Shown: positions 57,812 through 64,000 of the stretch, in pieces
How the letters are laid out: every line of letters begins with the position of its first letter
How positions within the stretch are numbered: the stretch's first letter is position 1
Assembly (NCBI GenBank): GCA_019704295.1
Contig: AP024596.1
Location: forward strand, 1,920,001 to 1,984,000
Length of the DNA: 64,000 bases
From: Sulfolobales archaeon HS-7
GTDB taxonomy: Archaea > Thermoproteota > Thermoprotei_A > Sulfolobales > Sulfolobaceae
Direction: 5' to 3'
Translations under genes and position numbers: made by a program
Notes under the pieces: generated by a model
Told to the model about the DNA's origin: nothing
Database searches by the model: none
Seen by the model: the letters and a program-made list of their open reading frames with translations, nothing else

Positions 57812-58117
57812 ATGATAGAGGATTCGTTTATATTCATCGTCCTAATAACGTTTACACTGATCACCCCTTTATATTTTCGGTTACTTTACGGAAAACTAAG
57901 TAACGTAAAGGCGTTCGCGTTTGCATGGACTACGGCCTTTTACTACATTTCATATATTTTCAATTATGGCGTAATCCCAGCTTTCATCGCGTTAGTATTA
58001 CTAAACGTAAGTTCATACTTCCTTATCATAAAAGAGCACATTACCTTAATTTCTACCGGAATAATATTTTTATTAACTATATGTGTTTTGGTCATAATTT
58101 ATTATGTATTGCTGTGA
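57812..58117 (+). CDS. Small membrane protein (4 TM)
   Basis: Almost entirely hydrophobic 101-aa ORF. Confidence 0.65.
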   Translation: MIEDSFIFIVLITFTLITPLYFRLLYGKLSNVKAFAFAWTTAFYYISYIFNYGVIPAFIALVLLNVSSYFLIIKEHITLISTGIIFLLTICVLVIIYYVLL

Positions 58118-58129
58118 TCCATAACATAT

Positions 58130-58456
58130 ATGGCTAGAGGTAAAAAAACCCAAGATAAGGGAAAATGTCCGAGTTGCGGAAAGGAAGACGTTAAACCCAC
58201 TAAGACGTGGCAGTTAATATCTCCTCTTCCTGATGCTAAGGGGAGGATAACCATAACAGTAATGGGTTCTTATGTCTGCGAGCAATGTGGATATCATTGG
58301 AAAGGGGTAGTGTCTAAAATTAAGGCAGGGGGCAGTTCTGTGGAAATCGAGGGAAGGAAAGGTGTTAAACAGGTTGGAGAGGAGGATGAACAAGACAGGG
58401 GCTTTGTAATAGAAATAGACGCTGACAACTTGGGTGAAGATGACGAAGAAGAGTGA
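58130..58456 (+). CDS. Cren7-related Zn-ribbon protein with an acidic tail
   Basis: CPSCG..KPTKTWQL.SP..KGR...G.Y.CEQCG pattern. Confidence 0.7.
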   Translation: MARGKKTQDKGKCPSCGKEDVKPTKTWQLISPLPDAKGRITITVMGSYVCEQCGYHWKGVVSKIKAGGSSVEIEGRKGVKQVGEEDEQDRGFVIEIDADNLGEDDEEE

Positions 58457-58871
58457 TGTAGCAGTAGTGGTATTGGTTTTGGTCATTTACCTAGCGATAC
58501 TGACAGGACTGGTAAACCCAGCTACTGTAGACGGGGTTTCAATGTATCCTATATTCCAGAATGGTTCATTAGTATTTTATGATCCGGGACACAGTAATAT
58601 ACAGTTATATTCGGTAATAATCTACAGGTCGCTTCAAAATACACCAATAATTCACAGGGTGATCGGGATTCGCAGAGTAGACAGCATTCCTTACTATATA
58701 ACGCAAGGTATAGATAAAATAACCAATCCGCTACCCGATAACGTAGTTGGCTTTGAAAGCAGAGAGGGTGCACCTGCTAATACCGTGATAGGAGTGGTTA
58801 TTAGCGTTGGAGGAATCCAAATTAGCATTCCCTACTTAGGATACATATCCATGCTGTTTTATGGAATTTAA
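58434..58871 (+). CDS. sec11: Signal peptidase I (S26, Sec11 type)
   Basis: TM segment, then GVSMYP, IIHRV, TQG..N..PD, IPYLG. Confidence 0.9.
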   Translation: MKMTKKSDVAVVVLVLVIYLAILTGLVNPATVDGVSMYPIFQNGSLVFYDPGHSNIQLYSVIIYRSLQNTPIIHRVIGIRRVDSIPYYITQGIDKITNPLPDNVVGFESREGAPANTVIGVVISVGGIQISIPYLGYISMLFYGI

Positions 58872-58948
58872 TTTATAAGGGAAAATGAGCTTAATTGAAC
58901 TGAACAATATTTTAATTAATTAAGATACTCTAATAATTATAAGACAAT

Positions 58949-60454
58949 TTATAGTGTGACATTTTCCCCTCTTTCCCTTCTCTTTAGAACTCTATATGTG
59001 GGAGTTATAGTAGTGGGCTTGTTTGCATATACGTTATCAATTCTTCTCACTGACGTGTTATAAGGACTCATCCTAATTTTTTCAGGTTCTTTTCTAGCCG
59101 TTTCCATTATTTTTCTTAAGGCTTCCGCAAGTAGTTCTAATGCGTATAAAGGTTCGCCTTCTGTAGGTTCTATCATTATAGCCTCCTCTGCTAGTTGAGG
59201 AAAATATATGGTAGGGGCGTATATACCATAGTCCAATATTGATTTAGCTATATCCTCTGCACTTACACCATAGGAGTCCTTGGCGTTTTTCGCTGAAAAA
59301 ACCACCTCGTGCTTTCTTATTCTGGAATTGTTAGGAAAAAGGGTGAGGCCCTCTACTCCCTTTAATTTTGTAATTAAGTAATTTGTGGCAAGAGTACTCA
59401 TTATAGCCACGCTCCTAACCCCCTCGCCTCCAAGCCCTAATAAATAAACGTAAGCTCTAACTAGATTGCCCACGTTACCGAAGTATGAAGACATCTTTCC
59501 TATAGTTTTCTCTGGTTCTTTAATTAAAATGCGATTATCCTGTTTTATTAATACCGGGGAAGGTAAATAATCTGTTAATTCGTTCTTAGCGCAGACTGCT
59601 GCAGCTCCAGGTCCTCCCCCTCCATGTGGAACAGCAAAGGTCTTATGAAGATTAAGGTGAACTATGTCAAAGCCCATATCTCCCGGTCTTACAATGCCTA
59701 ATATTCCGTTTAGATTAGCGCCGTCATAGTATAGCTTTCCGCCTTTTTCGTGAACTACCTTTGATATTTCCAATATATTTTGCTCGAACAGTCCTAGCGT
59801 ATTTGGATTAGTAAGCATTAGTCCCGCTGTTTTATCACTTACTATATTTTTTAAAATATTTAAGTCCAATAAACCTTCCTCGTTCGATTTTACATATATT
59901 ACCTTAAATCCTGCCATTGATGCACTAGCAGGATTAGTGCCGTGTGCAGTGTCTGCAACTAAAATCTCGTCCTTATTAATACCATTATCGATGTTTAGCT
60001 TCTTGATCATCAGCACGCCAGCTAACTCACCAGAACTACCTGCAGGAACGGCAAGACTGCATCGATCCATTCCTGTAAGTTCTTCAAAAATAGTCTGAAG
60101 TTCATATAAGGTTTCAAGTATTCCCTGAACTGTACTAGGATCCTGTGAAGGGTGAAATGTCTCGACAAGTTCTTGTCCTATAACCTCTGCTTTAGGGTTA
60201 TACTTCATAGTACATGATCCCAAGGGCATGATTCCGTTATCAACTCCAAAATTCATTTGAGAAAGTCTAATGAAGTGTCTTACTACTTCGATCTCATGTA
60301 AACCAGGCATATTAACTACGGTCCTTTTAAAAGCTCTAGATTTTACATTTGAAGCAACGTCCGGTACATCCTCTTTGCTTATAAGAAATCCATTGGTTCT
60401 AGTATCCCCTATCTCATGAATTAAAGGTTCCTCCCATCTTGCTTGTTTCCACAT
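58949..60454 (-). CDS. gcvPB: Glycine dehydrogenase subunit 2
   Basis: PLGSCTMKYNP, AHGTNPASA, HLNLHKTF..PHGGGGPG. Confidence 0.96.
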   Translation of the reverse strand: MWKQARWEEPLIHEIGDTRTNGFLISKEDVPDVASNVKSRAFKRTVVNMPGLHEIEVVRHFIRLSQMNFGVDNGIMPLGSCTMKYNPKAEVIGQELVETFHPSQDPSTVQGILETLYELQTIFEELTGMDRCSLAVPAGSSGELAGVLMIKKLNIDNGINKDEILVADTAHGTNPASASMAGFKVIYVKSNEEGLLDLNILKNIVSDKTAGLMLTNPNTLGLFEQNILEISKVVHEKGGKLYYDGANLNGILGIVRPGDMGFDIVHLNLHKTFAVPHGGGGPGAAAVCAKNELTDYLPSPVLIKQDNRILIKEPEKTIGKMSSYFGNVGNLVRAYVYLLGLGGEGVRSVAIMSTLATNYLITKLKGVEGLTLFPNNSRIRKHEVVFSAKNAKDSYGVSAEDIAKSILDYGIYAPTIYFPQLAEEAIMIEPTEGEPLYALELLAEALRKIMETARKEPEKIRMSPYNTSVRRIDNVYANKPTTITPTYRVLKRRERGENVTL

Positions 60455-60455
60455 C

Positions 60456-61796
60456 CTATTCCGCCACCTTCCGTATCATGTAGTCGATCATCGACTTTAG
60501 GTGAACTTCCGTAACACAGAATAATGCCACGTTGTCTTTTAATTGCAGACCTCCATGTATGCCGTTTTTAAGAAGTTTCTTATGTATCTCGTCATAATCT
60601 GTATTGAATAGTATAGTAAATTCTTCGAAGAAATCACTCTCAAGGTAAGGTTCTATTCCCCTTATCTCAGTAAGTCCTTTAAAAGCGTAATGGGCTCTAT
60701 TATATATTTCCCTAGCCAGTTCGCTGATTCCTTTTCCTCCAAGTAAGGAGAGATAAACTGCATTGGCTAATGCTATAAGAGCCTCGTTTGTGGTTATATT
60801 CGAAGTAGCTTTTTCTCTTCTTATGAATTGCTCCCTAGTTTGGAGTATTAAGGTAAATGCTCTATTATTCTCCACGTCTTTGGTAAGCCCAACTATTCTG
60901 CCCGGTAGCTGCTTAATTAATTTCTGTTCCCATCTCGTTGCAATAATTCCATTTAGAGGACCACCAAAATTCATCGGAATTCCTAGCTCCTGACCGTCTG
61001 ATACTGCAATATCCGCCCCATATTCGCCTGGCGACCGCAGTAATCCTAGACTTACTGGAGATACGCCTATTATTTTCAGAGCGTTATATTTCTCGGCTAA
61101 TTCGAAGACGTAATCTATATTTTCTTCTATAACTCCAAAGAAGTTTGGCTGTTGAATATATATTGCAGCTGTATCTTGCGACATTTTTTTCTCTATATCC
61201 TCTAGTATCAGTTGTCCACTACGATCGATATCTGCCTCAATAACTCTAATACCTTTACCGCTAATCCATGTTTTAACTACTTTAAGGTGACGTGGATTAA
61301 CAGATTTGGGAACAATGACAGTTTTTCTACCCGTTATCCTATATGCCATTAATAAAGCTTCAGCAAGAGCTGTACCCCATTCGTAATGTGACGACGTTAC
61401 TACATCCATTTCGAAGAGATCGGCAATAAGACTTTGATATTCAAATAAAGCTTGAAGGATGCCCTGTGACATCTCCGGCTGATAGGGCGTATATGAAGTA
61501 TAGAACTCTTGTCTGCCTAATATTTCCTTTATTACTTTTGGTGTATAATGAGGGTAAATTCCTCCTCCTAAGAAGGGGGGCATGATTAACTTAGCGTTTT
61601 TCTCCTTCCTATTATCTATTAAGTTTTGGATCTCATACTCCGATAATGGTTCCTGTGGTAATGAGGTGAAACTATTAACGAATTTGACGTAGGGAGGTAT
61701 GTCAGAGAATAGTTCCTCCGTATTAGCAAGACCTATTACTTTTAACATTTCGTTTATTTTAGATAAATTAGGCATCCACGGATGGAAGTCCAGCAT
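60456..61796 (-). CDS. gcvPA: Glycine dehydrogenase subunit 1
   Basis: YTSYTPYQPE.SQG, QTREQFIRREKATSNI. Confidence 0.96.
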   Translation of the reverse strand: MLDFHPWMPNLSKINEMLKVIGLANTEELFSDIPPYVKFVNSFTSLPQEPLSEYEIQNLIDNRKEKNAKLIMPPFLGGGIYPHYTPKVIKEILGRQEFYTSYTPYQPEMSQGILQALFEYQSLIADLFEMDVVTSSHYEWGTALAEALLMAYRITGRKTVIVPKSVNPRHLKVVKTWISGKGIRVIEADIDRSGQLILEDIEKKMSQDTAAIYIQQPNFFGVIEENIDYVFELAEKYNALKIIGVSPVSLGLLRSPGEYGADIAVSDGQELGIPMNFGGPLNGIIATRWEQKLIKQLPGRIVGLTKDVENNRAFTLILQTREQFIRREKATSNITTNEALIALANAVYLSLLGGKGISELAREIYNRAHYAFKGLTEIRGIEPYLESDFFEEFTILFNTDYDEIHKKLLKNGIHGGLQLKDNVALFCVTEVHLKSMIDYMIRKVAE

Positions 61797-61838
61797 AATG
61801 TTATAACCTCACTTTACGCTATTTAACGTTGTATTTCT

Positions 61839-62879
61839 ATGAATACAACACCTCTCATTGAATTTGAGGAAAAGTTAGGGGCTAGTACTGGTGAATTTGC
61901 AGGTTGGACAATGCCTATGAGTTATAGAGGATATAAAGAGGAGCATATGGCAGTAAGGAACAATGTAGCACTTTTCGATATATCGCACATGGGAAGAATC
62001 ATTATTGAGGGAAAAGAGGAAGAACTTCAATACCTTTTAGCTGGGCTTGTAGGAGAGAGTTCGTTAAGAATGTACGGTCCGAACGCGTTTCTCAATGATA
62101 AGGCGACTTTCTTAGACGATGTCATGGTGTATAAATTAGCAGAAAATAGATGGTTGATAGTGACAAATGCTGTAAATAGAGAAAAGGTAATTGATTGGAT
62201 AAGAAGGAATTCCTCATTGAACGTGACAGATGCAACATTTGATTATTGCATGCTCGCCTTACAGGGTCCAAACAGTACGCGTCTAATTGGTAATGACGAA
62301 ATGTCTCGATTACAATTTAAGGTTAATGTGAAAGTTTTTGGAGAAAATGTCTTTATTTTAAGCCGATCCGGATGGACGGGAGAGGATGGGTTTGAATTAA
62401 TACTGAAACCCGATGCTGCCCATCAAGTAATGAGTAAAATGGTTCACGAGAAGGTGGAATTGGCAGGTTTAATAGCCAGAGACAGCTTAAGGCAAGAAAT
62501 GGGTTTTGTGCTATATGGCGAGGATATAGATGAGTCTACAAACCCTGTAGAAGCTAGATACTGGCTTTATTCATTAGAAAAGGAATTTATAGGAAGAGAA
62601 GCGATACTATCGATTTTAACTTCTGGAGTCAGTAGGATTAGAGTGGGGTTTAAATTTGAAAGAAATGAAAAAATTGTTCCTAAAAAGGACGGCAGTATAA
62701 CTGTAAGAGATAAGAAAATAGGTAAAATAACTAGCGCTACTTACTCTCCCTTTCTTAGCAGACCAATAGGAATGGGATATATCAACTCAACACATGCCTT
62801 GTTCGGACTTAAAGTTGAACATGAGCACAGGGGGAAGAAGTACGAAGTTAAAATCTCGGATTTCCCATTAATTAAGTGA
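61839..62879 (+). CDS. gcvT: Glycine cleavage aminomethyltransferase T
   Basis: FAGWTMP, LFDISHMG, RSGWTGEDGFE, ARDSLRQEMG. Confidence 0.95.
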   Translation: MNTTPLIEFEEKLGASTGEFAGWTMPMSYRGYKEEHMAVRNNVALFDISHMGRIIIEGKEEELQYLLAGLVGESSLRMYGPNAFLNDKATFLDDVMVYKLAENRWLIVTNAVNREKVIDWIRRNSSLNVTDATFDYCMLALQGPNSTRLIGNDEMSRLQFKVNVKVFGENVFILSRSGWTGEDGFELILKPDAAHQVMSKMVHEKVELAGLIARDSLRQEMGFVLYGEDIDESTNPVEARYWLYSLEKEFIGREAILSILTSGVSRIRVGFKFERNEKIVPKKDGSITVRDKKIGKITSATYSPFLSRPIGMGYINSTHALFGLKVEHEHRGKKYEVKISDFPLIK

Positions 62880-62884
62880 TAGTA

Positions 62885-63295
62885 ATGAGTGACCAGGTTA
62901 AAGTCGGGAACTACGTTTTGCTTAAAGATCTATACTATACTGATTCTGACGAATATGTAAGAATTGAGGGGGATGTTGCAGTGGTAGGAATAACCGATTA
63001 TGCACAAAAGAAGTTAAGGGATATAGTGGGGGTGGATTTGCCAGAAACTAATAGGAAAGTATCAAAGGGGGATCCTGTGGCCACAATCGAGTCAGTAAAG
63101 GCAGCTGCTGATATTCTCTCACCATTAAGTGGTGAGATGATCGAGGTTAATGACGAACTAAGGGCTTCACCAGAGATCATAAATCAAGATCCGTATAATA
63201 AGGGATGGCTTTTCAAACTTAAGATACTTAATTCTAACGAGATCTCCGAATTGTGGAAATGGGAGAAATATGCGGAAAAAATAAAAGGTGACTAA
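62885..63295 (+). CDS. gcvH: Glycine cleavage H protein
   Basis: VGITDYAQ, IESVKAA (lipoyl Lys), NQDPYNKGW. Confidence 0.95.
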   Translation: MSDQVKVGNYVLLKDLYYTDSDEYVRIEGDVAVVGITDYAQKKLRDIVGVDLPETNRKVSKGDPVATIESVKAAADILSPLSGEMIEVNDELRASPEIINQDPYNKGWLFKLKILNSNEISELWKWEKYAEKIKGD

Positions 63296-64000
63296 AACGG
63301 AAAACGTTCAATACATAGAATATGAAAGACCTGTTCTCCCTAAGATTTCCTTCATGATTATTGGAATTCCGGATGCGGGACTTGTAGGAGAAATAGCTAC
63401 CGAATATCTTATAAGAACTCTAAATATGAAAGAAATAGGGGAGATCGACGTAAAGTCGAATTCTCTACTTGTTGTGAATGTAAATAACGGAATTTCAAAA
63501 TCGCCTATTCGGGTATTTCATACCGGCAATATAGTTGCCGTCAACTCTTGGTCCCCAATTCCTCAAGAACTTATAATACCCATTACTGAAAAATTGTTGG
63601 AAACTTCGCAACTACTAGGTGTTACCGAAACTATTTCCATAACTGGATTACCAGTACAAAACAGGTTAGACATTCAGTCCCCCTCCCTCTACTGGATTGC
63701 TAGTAGTAAATTACTCGCTTCCTCCTTAGAGAAATTAGATAGTATAAAGAAATTCGATGAGGGATATATTGTAGGCCCATACGCAGGAATACTCCTTGAA
63801 TCTAGAAGGAGAAACATTTCAAACCTTGTCATAACGGCCGAATCCTTTCTCGATTTACCAGATCCTGAGGCAGCAGCCGCTTCACTCAATTTCCTATCCT
63901 ACTATACTGGCACGAAAATAGACGTAGAACAGCTATTAAAAGAAGCGGAGGACGTCAGGGCTAAAATAAAGGAATTAATGAGTCAAACTAGGAAGCAGAT
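63288..64000 (+). CDS. PAC2-family proteasome assembly chaperone (3' end outside the window; absent from the ORF track)
   Basis: GTG at 63288 opens MTKTENVQYIEY...IIGIPDAGLVGEIA...PDPEAAA. Confidence 0.85.
   Translation, partial: MTKTENVQYIEYERPVLPKISFMIIGIPDAGLVGEIATEYLIRTLNMKEIGEIDVKSNSLLVVNVNNGISKSPIRVFHTGNIVAVNSWSPIPQELIIPITEKLLETSQLLGVTETISITGLPVQNRLDIQSPSLYWIASSKLLASSLEKLDSIKKFDEGYIVGPYAGILLESRRRNISNLVITAESFLDLPDPEAAAASLNFLSYYTGTKIDVEQLLKEAEDVRAKIKELMSQTRKQ

Overview
Core chromosomal region of a Sulfolobales (Thermoproteota) archaeon. In order it carries: moaA (partial), pepQ, folE, valS, the trpBADFEGC-aminotransferase operon, acyP, ino1, ppsA, the ESCRT-III paralog cdvB2, ubiD, a tnpB-only IS200/IS605-family element, lysC-asd-PHP-nreA, the replication initiator whiP (so a probable oriC3 nearby), tRNA-Arg(CCG), argS, arginine decarboxylase, the mevalonate cluster, glyA, gap-pgk, gatCA, taw1, HTH-riboflavin kinase, gar1-tfb2-TFE-beta, cdvABC, enolase, signal peptidase and the glycine cleavage genes. 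Two box C/D guide RNAs are visible; one is predicted to methylate tRNA-Lys(UUU). The main accessory feature is a small AT-rich island (about 30.9-34.4 kb) directly downstream of tRNA-Arg. It holds an integrase remnant and an intact, tightly coupled three-gene operon: a Zn-ribbon/beta-hairpin protein, a Panacea/YwgA-like winged-helix protein, and a TGT-fold protein lacking the canonical catalytic motifs. Two oppositely oriented copies of a ~160-bp MITE-like element bracket the operon. This is the best candidate for an undescribed toxin-antitoxin or defence system. Several intergenic spacers also hold decayed copies of one membrane-anchor-coding fragment. All family assignments come from motif recognition and recalled synteny, not database searches.
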